Positions 30,414-39,737 of a stretch of DNA of 64,000 bases are shown here, in pieces (positions within the stretch are counted from its first letter, which is position 1; every line of letters starts with the position of its first letter). Under the pieces are notes generated by a model that saw only the letters and a list, made by a program, of their open reading frames with translations, made no database searches and was not told the DNA's origin. The position numbers and the translations under genes were made by a program. This DNA comes from a virus (taxonomy: Duplodnaviria > Caudoviricetes), in the IMG/VR virus record IMGVR_UViG_3300025392_000002. One strand, written 5' to 3'.

Positions 30414-30442
30414 TTGACCTTGTAACAAAACTGTTATATACT
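30414..30442 (+). promoter_or_regulatory. Sigma70-type promoter for the dNMP kinase
   Basis: TTGACC-17 nt-TATACT. Confidence 0.75.
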
Positions 30443-30463
30443 AGAGCTAACTTAGGGGGCTCT

Positions 30464-31168
30464 ATGATTATAGGTGTGTGCGGTTTTATTGGTTCTGGCA
30501 AAGATACTGTTGCCGATTATCTTACTAACTTTCACGGTTTTCGACGAGAATCGTTCGCAAATAGCCTTAAAGATGCAGTAGCACAAGTGTTTGGTTGGGA
30601 CCGAACTATGCTAGAAGGTCGCACAACACAAGCCCGTGAATGGCGTGAACAAGTAGATCCATGGTGGGCTGAACGTTTAGATATGCCCGATCTAACACCA
30701 CGCTGGATCCTACAATACTGGGGAACTGAAGTTTGTCGCAAAGCATTTCACGATGATATTTGGATTGCTAGCTTGGAAAATAAATTACGCAATTCAAAAG
30801 ACAACATAGTTATTAGTGACTGTCGTTTTCCAAATGAAATTAAATCAATTAAAGATGCGGGTGGTATTGTTATTCGTGTAAAACGTGGTCAAGAGCCCGA
30901 ATGGTATCGAGATGCCGCAGATGTAAATGCCGGCGATAAATGTACAAATTATGCCATAGCTAAAAGTCGTATGGAAAAATTAGGCATACATGCATCGGAA
31001 ACTGCATGGGTTGGCACTAAATTTGATGCAGTCATGGATAATAACGGTACAATTGATGAGTTGTATGCTCAGGTAAAAGCACTTATAGATCTGGAACAAG
31101 ATCCCCTTGACGCCATGTCACGCCTTCTCGCTGAAGAATCCGTTGACAGTTTGAACACACTGTTTTAA
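30464..31168 (+). CDS. Deoxynucleoside monophosphate kinase (T4 gp1-like)
   Basis: GVCGFIGSGKDT P-loop, SFA..LK, PR.ILQYWGTE, ISDCRFPNE, HASE. Confidence 0.9.
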   Translation: MIIGVCGFIGSGKDTVADYLTNFHGFRRESFANSLKDAVAQVFGWDRTMLEGRTTQAREWREQVDPWWAERLDMPDLTPRWILQYWGTEVCRKAFHDDIWIASLENKLRNSKDNIVISDCRFPNEIKSIKDAGGIVIRVKRGQEPEWYRDAADVNAGDKCTNYAIAKSRMEKLGIHASETAWVGTKFDAVMDNNGTIDELYAQVKALIDLEQDPLDAMSRLLAEESVDSLNTLF

Positions 31169-31409
31169 GATTTGTATGACGGCAGTTGTCTAAATTGCCG
31201 TCAACGTGAAATACATTAAACACCGCAGTATGCGGGCTTTTAAACCCGCATTTATCACAAGTGTTTTTCATTTTGTATCCAGCACTAGCCCATCGAGGTA
31301 ATTTTACACCTCGAATACACGCACCGCATTGGCTTCTATAATACGGTTTTTTGTTTTTATAATAATTAATTGCTACTGGATGTAGCCCGCATGTACAAAG
31401 TGGTCTCAT
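31083..31409 (-). CDS. Small Zn-binding HNH-like protein (degenerate)
   Basis: CTC...CGAC, then CDKCGF...HVDGNLDN...NLKTVCSNCQ; TAAATA box 4 nt upstream of the ATG. Confidence 0.65.
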   Translation of the reverse strand: MRPLCTCGLHPVAINYYKNKKPYYRSQCGACIRGVKLPRWASAGYKMKNTCDKCGFKSPHTAVFNVFHVDGNLDNCRHTNLKTVCSNCQRILQREGVTWRQGDLVPDL

Positions 31410-31475
31410 ATTTTATTTAAGCCTTTTCAAAGCCTTTTCTTGGCTGTATAACAGCTACAATTATCCAAAATACCA

Positions 31476-31481
31476 TAAATA
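31476..31481 (+). promoter_or_regulatory. Late promoter (TAAATA) for the sheath-tube operon
   Basis: CATAAATA upstream of the GGAGA RBS of the sheath gene; resembles the T4 late TATAAATA box. Confidence 0.7.
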
Positions 31482-31513
31482 CATTAAGAACATGTACTCA
31501 TGGAGATAACACA

Positions 31514-34500
31514 ATGGCTCAATTAAGTTCACCAGGAATTAGCGTAACAGTAGTAGACGAATCTTTCTACACTCCTGCCGCTCCCGGAACCGTACCCCTA
31601 ATTATTGTTGCAAGTCAACAAGACAAAATGAATTCAGCTGGAACAGGAATTGCTCCAGGAACACTAGCGGCAAATGCAGGTAAAGTATACCTGTTAACAA
31701 GCCAAGCAGATCTTGGTGCTACTTTTGGTATTCCTTTCTTCCAAACTGATGCAAGCAATAACCCTGTACACGCAGGCGAATTAAACGAATATGGATTAGA
31801 GGCTGCCTATAGCTTCTTAGGCGTGAGTAATCGTGCTTATGTTGTACGTGCGGATGTAAACACTACCCAACTAATTGGCACCACTACAATCCCAACAAGT
31901 CCTCCCTCAGATGGCACTTATTGGTGGGATATTGCTGACACACACTTTGGTATTTTCCAATGGAATAGTCAACCAGCAACAACAAACGGTGGCCAGTTGT
32001 TTACAGATCAAGGATCAATTGGTAATGTAATAGTAGTTACAGATACAACTTTGTTAAGCTCTGGTGTACCATTAGCAAGTTATGGTAACTTGGGTGATTA
32101 TGTTATTGTAGCAACTACCACATTAAACAAGTTATACTTGAAAAAATTCCAGACAGATACAGCCGCAGGTACTTGGGTTGAAGTTGGTACAGCAAGCTGG
32201 GCTAAGAGTTGGCCAACAGTAACTGGTACAGTAACTGGTACAATTACAAGTAACACATTTACTGTTAACGGTTCGTCAATCACTAGCGGTACAAGTATTT
32301 CAGCTGCCGCAACAGCAATTAACACAGCCGCAATTAGCGGAGTTACAGCGGCCGCAATCAACGGCTATTTACAGATTTATTCAACAGGTGTTAACGTTGT
32401 TATTGCTGGTACAAGTCCAACAACAGTTGGTTTAACAGCTGGTACATATCTTGCTCCTAAAGTACGTATTGCTCCACACTATCAAATTCCACAATATGGA
32501 ATTTATGAAGCCAATGACTTTGGTGCAAGTGCAGGCGGAGCTCCAACAGGTAGTTTGTGGATTAAGACTACTAATGTAAACTTAGGTGCAGACTGGGTTG
32601 TTAAACAATACAATGCGGCTACTAGTACATTTATTCTACAACAAACCGGTTTATATGGAACTCCAGAAGCGGCTTTATATGGTTTAGATCCAGTTGGCGG
32701 TGGTATTAATTTAGCATTAGGTCGTGTATATGTAAAATATAACGATGCTGAACTTTCTTACACAACATCTAGCAGTCCAAGTGCTAACTTTAAATTGTAC
32801 ATACGTACCGGAGTAGGTGCAACAACTATTGTATCAAATGCTATTTCAGACAGCACATTTACTGCTGGTGCAAATACATTTACATTCCAACAAAGCGTTC
32901 CAGGCAGTGCTACATCAGCAACTGCAACCACAGTTACATTTACTGCTACAACTGGTGCTGGAAGCGGTGCTTCTAATGCACAAGCATTATTAACCGCATT
33001 TAGTTCTGCAAATACTGATGCTAACGTTCTTATCACTTTGAACACAAGTACAAGTGTAATTACAATTACACATCTAACAGGTGGTGATATTCGTCTTTCA
33101 GACGGTGCTAATCTTCCATTAAGCAAGTTGTTTGGTGTAGGTACAACAAGTAATTTCTATGCAAGCCCAACAGGTACTGCTAACACTTATGTTGCTACAC
33201 TATGGAGCTCGACTGTAAACGGTAGTTCTTTCTATACAGGAAGCATAACGCCTCCAACTACAACGCCAGCAGACGGTACATTATGGTATGACACATCAGT
33301 AACTGATGTAGATATCATGGTTCACAATGGTACAACATGGGTTGGCTACTTGAATTATACACAAAATGCAGTAGGTGGCACAACAACTAATGCTAGCGGT
33401 CCATATATTTCAGCAACACAGCCAACAGGCACATTTGCCAATGGCGACTTATGGATCAACACAAGCGATTTAGAAAACTTCCCAAGAATTTACAAGTACA
33501 ACTACTTGACTAAGAAATGGGTATTGTTAGACAATTCAGATCAAACTAGTGGCAACGGCGTGTTATTTGCTGATGCACGTTGGTCAACAGCAGGTGCTAA
33601 CTCGACTCCAGCAAGTATTACAACATTATTAAGTAGTAACTACTTGGACCCAGATGCTCCAGATCCTGCTCTATATCCAAAAGGTATGTTGCTATGGAAT
33701 TTACGTCGTAGCGGATTCAATGTTAAGAAGTATCATGTAGGTTATATTGATGTAACAGCTAAGAACTTACGTGCAAGTAGTGAATCGATGACTGCTTATT
33801 ATGCTAATCGTTGGGTTACAGAAAGTCCAAATAACTTAGACGGTTCTGGTTCATTTGGACGTAAGAGTCAACGTGCTGTGGTTCTAAAAGCAATCAACGC
33901 ATTGATTCAAAGCAATCAACAAATCCGTCAACCAGACACAGTTATCTATAACTTGTTAAGTTGCCCAGGTTATTTAGAAACAGCTAGCGAGTTAGTTGGC
34001 TTGAACGTTGACAACGGTGAAACAGCATTTATTATTGCCGATGCTCCAGCACGTTTAGCACCAGATGCTACAACATTAAGCAACTGGGGTAACAACACCG
34101 CAGGCGCCGCAGTCGATGGCGAGCAAGGATTAATTGCTACTAGTTCAGATCTAGCAGTTTATTATCCTTGGGGTTACACAACTGATTTAACAGGTAATAA
34201 TATTGTTGTTCCTCCAAGTCACATTATGCTACGCACAATCGCTCTAAGCGATAACGTTTCTTATCCATGGTTTGCACCAGCTGGTGTACGTCGTGGCGGT
34301 GTAACAAATGCTAGTTCAGTTGGCTATGTTAATGCCGCAACAGGTGAATTTGAAACTGTAGCATTGAATGTAGGCCAACGTGATACACTTGCCGCAATCC
34401 ATGTAAATCCAATTACATACATTGCTGGAACAGGTCTAGTATGTTATGGACAGAAGACACGTCAGTTAATTGCAAGTAGTTTAGATCGTATCAACGTAGC

Positions 34501-34807
34501 ACGTCTAGTAATTTACTTGCGCTATCAGTTGAATCAATTGGCTAAACCATTTGTGTTTGAACCAAACGATACAATCACACGTAATGAAATGAAACAACAA
34601 GTTGAAAAACTATTGTTAGAATTAACAGCAGAACGTGCATTGTATGACTACCTAGTAGTTTGTGATACAAGTAACAACACACCGGCTCGTATCGATAGAA
34701 ACGAATTACACGTTGACATCGCAATTGAACCAGTTAAAGCGGTTGAATTCATTTACATTCCACTACGCTTAGAAAACACTGGGGCAATTAAAGGCCTTGG
34801 AAAATAA
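31514..34807 (+). CDS. Contractile tail sheath protein (T4 gp18-like), 1097 aa
   Basis: LSSPGISVTVVDES N-terminus; C-terminal YPWFAPAG.RRG, SSLDRINVARL, FVFEPND, VVCD.SNN, IEPVKAVEFIYIP. Confidence 0.95.
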   Translation: MAQLSSPGISVTVVDESFYTPAAPGTVPLIIVASQQDKMNSAGTGIAPGTLAANAGKVYLLTSQADLGATFGIPFFQTDASNNPVHAGELNEYGLEAAYSFLGVSNRAYVVRADVNTTQLIGTTTIPTSPPSDGTYWWDIADTHFGIFQWNSQPATTNGGQLFTDQGSIGNVIVVTDTTLLSSGVPLASYGNLGDYVIVATTTLNKLYLKKFQTDTAAGTWVEVGTASWAKSWPTVTGTVTGTITSNTFTVNGSSITSGTSISAAATAINTAAISGVTAAAINGYLQIYSTGVNVVIAGTSPTTVGLTAGTYLAPKVRIAPHYQIPQYGIYEANDFGASAGGAPTGSLWIKTTNVNLGADWVVKQYNAATSTFILQQTGLYGTPEAALYGLDPVGGGINLALGRVYVKYNDAELSYTTSSSPSANFKLYIRTGVGATTIVSNAISDSTFTAGANTFTFQQSVPGSATSATATTVTFTATTGAGSGASNAQALLTAFSSANTDANVLITLNTSTSVITITHLTGGDIRLSDGANLPLSKLFGVGTTSNFYASPTGTANTYVATLWSSTVNGSSFYTGSITPPTTTPADGTLWYDTSVTDVDIMVHNGTTWVGYLNYTQNAVGGTTTNASGPYISATQPTGTFANGDLWINTSDLENFPRIYKYNYLTKKWVLLDNSDQTSGNGVLFADARWSTAGANSTPASITTLLSSNYLDPDAPDPALYPKGMLLWNLRRSGFNVKKYHVGYIDVTAKNLRASSESMTAYYANRWVTESPNNLDGSGSFGRKSQRAVVLKAINALIQSNQQIRQPDTVIYNLLSCPGYLETASELVGLNVDNGETAFIIADAPARLAPDATTLSNWGNNTAGAAVDGEQGLIATSSDLAVYYPWGYTTDLTGNNIVVPPSHIMLRTIALSDNVSYPWFAPAGVRRGGVTNASSVGYVNAATGEFETVALNVGQRDTLAAIHVNPITYIAGTGLVCYGQKTRQLIASSLDRINVARLVIYLRYQLNQLAKPFVFEPNDTITRNEMKQQVEKLLLELTAERALYDYLVVCDTSNNTPARIDRNELHVDIAIEPVKAVEFIYIPLRLENTGAIKGLGK

Positions 34808-34820
34808 TTAGGAGAATACA

Positions 34821-35444
34821 ATGGCAATCGCAGCCTTATCAAACTTTACAGTACCGTTAGCATCCGACCAAAGCGCAACAACGCAGGGTATGCTAATGCC
34901 CAAGTTGCAATACAGATTCCGTATCAACTTTGAAAACTTTGGTGTAAGTACTCCAACAACAGAAATGACCAAGCAAGTAGCCGAAGCATTTCGTCCTACT
35001 GTTGAATTAGAAGAACAATCTATTGATATCTATAACAGCAGAATCTACATGGCCGGTAAAGCCAAGTGGAGTACAGGAACTATCAAGTTACGTGATGATG
35101 TAACTGGCCAAGTTAGCAAGTTAGTTGGCGAGCAAATGCAACGTCAATTCGACTTCTTTGAGCAAAGCACAGCGGCAGCCGCTGGCGACTACAAGTTCAC
35201 AATGCGTATCGAAATGCTAGACGGTGGTAATGGTACAAACACACCTACAGTATTAGAAACATGGGAACTATATGGTTGCTTTGTTCAGAAAGCTGAATAT
35301 GGTACATTGGCATACAAAACATCAGAACCAGTACAAATTACATTGACAATACGTTACGATAATGCTGTACAGACAACTGGTGGCTCATTAGGTAGCCCAA
35401 CTAGTGTACAAAAAGTACGCGGTACAAGCACATTAGGTAGTTAA
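34821..35444 (+). CDS. Tail tube protein (T4 gp19-like)
   Basis: Follows the sheath; PKLQYRFR, YMAGK..W, W.LYGCF, ITLTIRYDNA. Confidence 0.9.
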   Translation: MAIAALSNFTVPLASDQSATTQGMLMPKLQYRFRINFENFGVSTPTTEMTKQVAEAFRPTVELEEQSIDIYNSRIYMAGKAKWSTGTIKLRDDVTGQVSKLVGEQMQRQFDFFEQSTAAAAGDYKFTMRIEMLDGGNGTNTPTVLETWELYGCFVQKAEYGTLAYKTSEPVQITLTIRYDNAVQTTGGSLGSPTSVQKVRGTSTLGS

Positions 35445-35450
35445 TAATAG

Positions 35451-35470
35451 AACCCACTTAGGTGGGTTTT
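35451..35470 (+). terminator. Rho-independent terminator after the tail tube gene
   Basis: AACCCAC-TTAG-GTGGGTTTT. Confidence 0.75.
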
Positions 35471-35520
35471 ATTACGGGTTTTCATAAACTGCGCACTTAA
35501 TAAATGCGATAAATAATTAT

Positions 35521-36510
35521 ATGTCATTTACAGCTACCAATCACTTAAAAGCAGATCCTTACTTAAATCTTAAAGGCTATAACCATGCCGGTAAGATGTT
35601 TACGACCCAGCAACACAGACTGGCTCCTAAGTTTGATTTTCAATTCCATGTAGCATTTGGTATCAATCAAGCGGCATTAAAAAATGCAAATATTGTTACT
35701 AGGTACGGTAATGAAATTAATATGTTGGTTAAGAGTGTATCACTACCGTCGTTTGAAGTACAAATGGACGATGTGAATCAGTACAATAGACATAAACGAA
35801 TTCAATATAGACATAATTACGGCGAAGTATCAATTAAATTCCACGATGACAATATGGGTTTAATTAATCAAATGTGGCAAAACTACTATAGCTATTACTA
35901 TGCAGATAGTACCAGTGCTAAACAAACAGGTGCGTATGCTCGCAATGCTACACGCAGTAGTGACTATATAAAAACTCCGTACGGCTTGGATAATTCTAGT
36001 ACAGAGCCATTTTTAAAATATATTAAAATATATCAAATGGCCCGCCATGAATATGTCATGGTACAACTACACAACCCACTGATTAAAAAATGGGACGGTA
36101 ATGGATTAGATTATAGTAAAAATACCACACATGAATTTACTATGGGCATAGCATACGAAGCCGCAAGTTATGAAGTAGGCGAAGTGTCGGCAGGTAATCC
36201 AGAAGGGTTTGCAATGGAACACTATGACACAACTCCAAGTCCATTACAAGGTATTAATCCAGATCCAACTGTTAAAGATCCAAGTTTTGTACAAGCATTA
36301 GATATCGAAGCAGCCGCACCAGGTATACTTAATAATACAATTAATACACTCAACGGATATCAAAATACTAAACGATCACAAGCACCAATTGTTAGTAACG
36401 GTGTTGCCACGCTAACTACTACTCAGACTGTTGGCGGATTACAAGGAATTACTTTCCCGCAGGCATCTACATCTAATTCAACTCCTGCAAATAAAATAAA
36501 TTTAGGATAA
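35521..36510 (+). CDS. Tube-fold baseplate / tail-tube initiator-like protein (gp54/gp48-like)
   Basis: LVKSVSLP.F...NQYNR...Y..VSIKFHDD tube-protein pattern; TAAATA at 35510-35515. Confidence 0.6.
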   Translation: MSFTATNHLKADPYLNLKGYNHAGKMFTTQQHRLAPKFDFQFHVAFGINQAALKNANIVTRYGNEINMLVKSVSLPSFEVQMDDVNQYNRHKRIQYRHNYGEVSIKFHDDNMGLINQMWQNYYSYYYADSTSAKQTGAYARNATRSSDYIKTPYGLDNSSTEPFLKYIKIYQMARHEYVMVQLHNPLIKKWDGNGLDYSKNTTHEFTMGIAYEAASYEVGEVSAGNPEGFAMEHYDTTPSPLQGINPDPTVKDPSFVQALDIEAAAPGILNNTINTLNGYQNTKRSQAPIVSNGVATLTTTQTVGGLQGITFPQASTSNSTPANKINLG

Positions 36511-36514
36511 CATT

Positions 36515-36877
36515 ATGAGTACAAATATTCCTGTACAAGCAACCGCTAATACAGATGTTAGAAGTTTCTTTGACAATTACTTTAAAAGTGTTGTAAGTTT
36601 TCCAGCCGCAGAAATAGATGCAACTGTTGGCTTTTTTTTAAAAAGAGGCTTTGATCAAGTTGGCGCTGGTAGTATATCTATCACTCTATTGAATCAGGCT
36701 AGAGCAGAAAGTGTTAGTGTATTCACGCTACTCGATACTCTTAAAAGTTTAACTGATGTACAGTTAAGTCAGATTGTTGCACAGGTGTTAAACAGTAGCC
36801 GTGAAAAGACCAGTTTGTTAGGTTATAGAATACAGCCTGTAACTGATACTTACGAAAGTCGCAACATATTAGTATAA
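36515..36877 (+). CDS. Hypothetical protein (tail region)
   Basis: ORF with AGGA RBS, packed between structural genes. Confidence 0.6.
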   Translation: MSTNIPVQATANTDVRSFFDNYFKSVVSFPAAEIDATVGFFLKRGFDQVGAGSISITLLNQARAESVSVFTLLDTLKSLTDVQLSQIVAQVLNSSREKTSLLGYRIQPVTDTYESRNILV

Positions 36878-36878
36878 C

Positions 36879-37310
36879 ATGTCTAGCAAGTTTGCCCGTG
36901 GTAAATTCACAATGCGTCATCCAGAAAAGTATGTAGGTACTAAGACACCTACATATCGTTCTAGCTGGGAATTTACATTTATGAATTTTTGCGATACTAA
37001 TCCAAGTGTGCAAAAATGGGCAAGCGAGGCAATACAGATTCCCTACAGAGATCCGCTTACTAATAAAAACACAGTATATGTCCCAGATTTTTTTATTCAG
37101 TATGTGGATAAACGAGGAACAGTATTAACTGAGTTAATTGAAATCAAACCCAGTACTCAAACTATTTTAGAACGTGTTGGCAAAAACAAATACAATCAAG
37201 CACAGTACATAAAAAATCAAGCCAAATGGGCGGCGGCTACTATATGGTGTAAACAGCAGGGTATCAAGTTTAGAATCTTAAATGAAAATGATATCTTCAG
37301 CAACACATAA
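36879..37310 (+). CDS. Head completion nuclease (T4 gp4-like, PD-(D/E)xK)
   Basis: PEKYVG...YRSSWE..FM.FCD...WASE...IPY...YVPDF...IEIKP...NQAKW.AA. Confidence 0.9.
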   Translation: MSSKFARGKFTMRHPEKYVGTKTPTYRSSWEFTFMNFCDTNPSVQKWASEAIQIPYRDPLTNKNTVYVPDFFIQYVDKRGTVLTELIEIKPSTQTILERVGKNKYNQAQYIKNQAKWAAATIWCKQQGIKFRILNENDIFSNT

Positions 37311-37324
37311 GCATAAGTATAGTT

Positions 37325-37807
37325 ATGACTAAAAAACTTGAAGAAATACTAAATTTGCCCGAAAGCAAGAAAATAGTTAAAGCTGAAGAAAAGGAACAGC
37401 GCAAATCTGAAATGGCTCAACCGTTCCTGAGAAGCATTGACGAATTCGATAAAATTTCAGCGGCACTTCCACAAGTTAAAGGCCTGGGAGATGCAGGCGA
37501 TGCTGAGTTAGATGAACTAGCAAAAAAAGCTACGGAAGCCTATGACGATATTATGGACTTGGGCATGAATGTAGAAGCACGTTATAGTGCCCGTATGTTT
37601 GAAGTAGCCGCTAGTATGTTAAAAAATGCTATTGATGCTAAAACAGCCAAATTAGATAAAAAGCTAAAGATGATTGATCTCCAGCTGAAAAAACAAAAAA
37701 TAGATCAAGATGCTAACGGTGCCGACGATAGTGTAACACTACAAGGCGATGGCGTTATTATTACAGATCGTAATAGTTTGCTGGAAAAACTCAAGCAAAT
37801 GAAATAA
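37325..37807 (+). CDS. Putative terminase small subunit
   Basis: Helical, AR.FEVA..ML..A pattern like gp16; located upstream of TerL. Confidence 0.55.
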   Translation: MTKKLEEILNLPESKKIVKAEEKEQRKSEMAQPFLRSIDEFDKISAALPQVKGLGDAGDAELDELAKKATEAYDDIMDLGMNVEARYSARMFEVAASMLKNAIDAKTAKLDKKLKMIDLQLKKQKIDQDANGADDSVTLQGDGVIITDRNSLLEKLKQMK

Positions 37808-37828
37808 ATACAGTACTGGGATCACACT

Positions 37829-38452
37829 ATGAAATCATTTAAAGAATACTTAACAGAAAGCAAGAGAGTCTACGAATTTAAAGTTAAAGTCGCTGGCGAT
37901 CACGCTAAAGATGCTGTAGAACAGCTCAAAGCCTCACTATCGGAATTTCATGTGGCTAGTGTAAGCGCTGGACGTTCTACTCCAATTCAAGAGCGCCAAA
38001 CAGATTTTCCCGAGCACAAAAATACACAAATGACAGTGTATGAAGTTACAACAGATTATCCTGCAACTAGTTTACAAATTCGCGATCGTGTTGCCGTTGG
38101 ATTAGGAACAACACATAACTGTATTAAAGTACATAGTGCCTTGGAAGAAGCAGAATACGAAATTAATCATCAGCATGACGAGCTTACCGGAGAGGCACTA
38201 ATTGGCAAAATGCAAGATCCTAGTGACAACAGTGACTTGGCCAGTGAAAATCAAAAGATGAATTTCTTAAAAGATCTAAATAAACAACCAAGAAAAACTG
38301 GCGAACAAATTACAGGCTATAATGATGCTATCCTAGCATCAGCACCACCAAAGTTTGTTAAAGAAACTCCTGGAAAGCAAGTTAAAGTTAAGGCAAAGGA
38401 ATTTGCAAATCTTTATACTAAACAGGTTAAATTGCCGAAAGGAGCACTATAA
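37829..38452 (+). CDS. Hypothetical protein, probable head/internal protein
   Basis: MKSFKEYLTES N-terminus resembles the T4-type capsid-targeting/cleavage leader; TAAATA at 37805-37810. Confidence 0.55.
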   Translation: MKSFKEYLTESKRVYEFKVKVAGDHAKDAVEQLKASLSEFHVASVSAGRSTPIQERQTDFPEHKNTQMTVYEVTTDYPATSLQIRDRVAVGLGTTHNCIKVHSALEEAEYEINHQHDELTGEALIGKMQDPSDNSDLASENQKMNFLKDLNKQPRKTGEQITGYNDAILASAPPKFVKETPGKQVKVKAKEFANLYTKQVKLPKGAL

Positions 38453-39663
38453 TGAATTTACAAGATTTGATGACAAAATTAAAGAGCATTGATGAAAATG
38501 CTCCACCTGTAGCGCCAGTACACACTGACGAAACTCCAACTGAAGAGTGTGGTATGCCTATTGCAATCGGCGGTGCACCTAAACAACAAGACAATGTTAC
38601 TATGAATGTCAGCATGAATGGTAGCGGCGCAGGCGGTATTAGTGACTTAATGAAGATACTACGCAATATTGAACAAAGTGATAACTTAGATCCACATAAT
38701 CACGATGTTAGCAAAATGTTTGCTCAACCAGGTCATGCTGAACCATTAATGGGTCAAGAAGAAGAAATTGGAGAGACTATTGGCGACGATGAAGAAGACT
38801 GGGGCAATAGTGTTTCAGGCGCTAGTGGACATCACACACACGGCGTAGATGCTGTAACATTCAGCGGCGACGATATGAATAGTAAAGGCAAATCTAGCCC
38901 ATTACAACGTGCTCCAGGTACAAATACCCTACGTGAGCCAACTAATGTTAGCGAAGAATTAGTTACTCGGTTGACTGGTATGTACGAAACAATCAAAGGT
39001 GCACCTATTGCAGAAGCAGGCGATAAAAAGACTATGAGTCGCGCCGCCAAGGGTCATGAGAAATTTGGTCCCGAAGGTATGAAAAAATTAGCACAAGCTG
39101 GAAAAGACGGTGCTAGTGAAAAAGAAATGGATGCTATTCGTAACAAGTATAACAAGTACGATGAAAGTATCAACGAATGGAGTATAGGAACCGACACTCC
39201 TAGTAATACTGATGATTTGACGTGGGCATCCGCCAGTCAAAAACCAGAACTTCAAGCAATTATCAAACAAATGAAACCTTCCGATTACATCGAATACAAT
39301 GCCTTTAATGCTCACTATCCAGATGATAAATCGTTTGACGATAACAACCCTCCCTATCAAAAAGGACGTCGTGTAAACTTGGCTGTTCATTATAAGTTTA
39401 ATGATGAATTTAATTTTATCAATCGTTGGAATCGTGATCACAATAATCTAACCGTTGGACAATGGTTGGACAAGGCTAAGAATAAAATTATTAGCAAGTT
39501 CACCGGTAAACCTGAAGAAAAAGTGCCATATGATGCATATAGATATGATCAAAAAACTGGCCAAGGTTCTAATATACATTCAACCCAGGAAAAAGATTTT
39601 CCAACAATGACCAACGAAAATGCAGACTTAACAGCTATGTTAAAAATTGCAGGACTAAGATAA
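38452..39663 (+). CDS. Hypothetical protein, probable internal head protein
   Basis: Acidic, low complexity; I/L-x-E sites (SIDE, PIAE, SINE); ends LTAMLKIAGLR. Confidence 0.5.
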   Translation: MNLQDLMTKLKSIDENAPPVAPVHTDETPTEECGMPIAIGGAPKQQDNVTMNVSMNGSGAGGISDLMKILRNIEQSDNLDPHNHDVSKMFAQPGHAEPLMGQEEEIGETIGDDEEDWGNSVSGASGHHTHGVDAVTFSGDDMNSKGKSSPLQRAPGTNTLREPTNVSEELVTRLTGMYETIKGAPIAEAGDKKTMSRAAKGHEKFGPEGMKKLAQAGKDGASEKEMDAIRNKYNKYDESINEWSIGTDTPSNTDDLTWASASQKPELQAIIKQMKPSDYIEYNAFNAHYPDDKSFDDNNPPYQKGRRVNLAVHYKFNDEFNFINRWNRDHNNLTVGQWLDKAKNKIISKFTGKPEEKVPYDAYRYDQKTGQGSNIHSTQEKDFPTMTNENADLTAMLKIAGLR

Positions 39664-39695
39664 TTCGTCGCAGTTAGCACTCTGTTTCCAGTGCC

Positions 39696-39723
39696 AAATA
39701 GCTCCTTCGGGAGCTATTTTTTT
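39696..39723 (+). terminator. Rho-independent terminator with a UUCG tetraloop
   Basis: AAATAGCTCC-TTCG-GGAGCTATTT followed by a T run. Confidence 0.85.
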
Positions 39724-39737
39724 CGGTAAATAGTTTT

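Noticed and set aside
39673-39697. CIRCE (HrcA) operator
   Set aside because: The left arm TTAGCACTC matches, but the spacer is 6 rather than 9 nt and the right arm has two mismatches.
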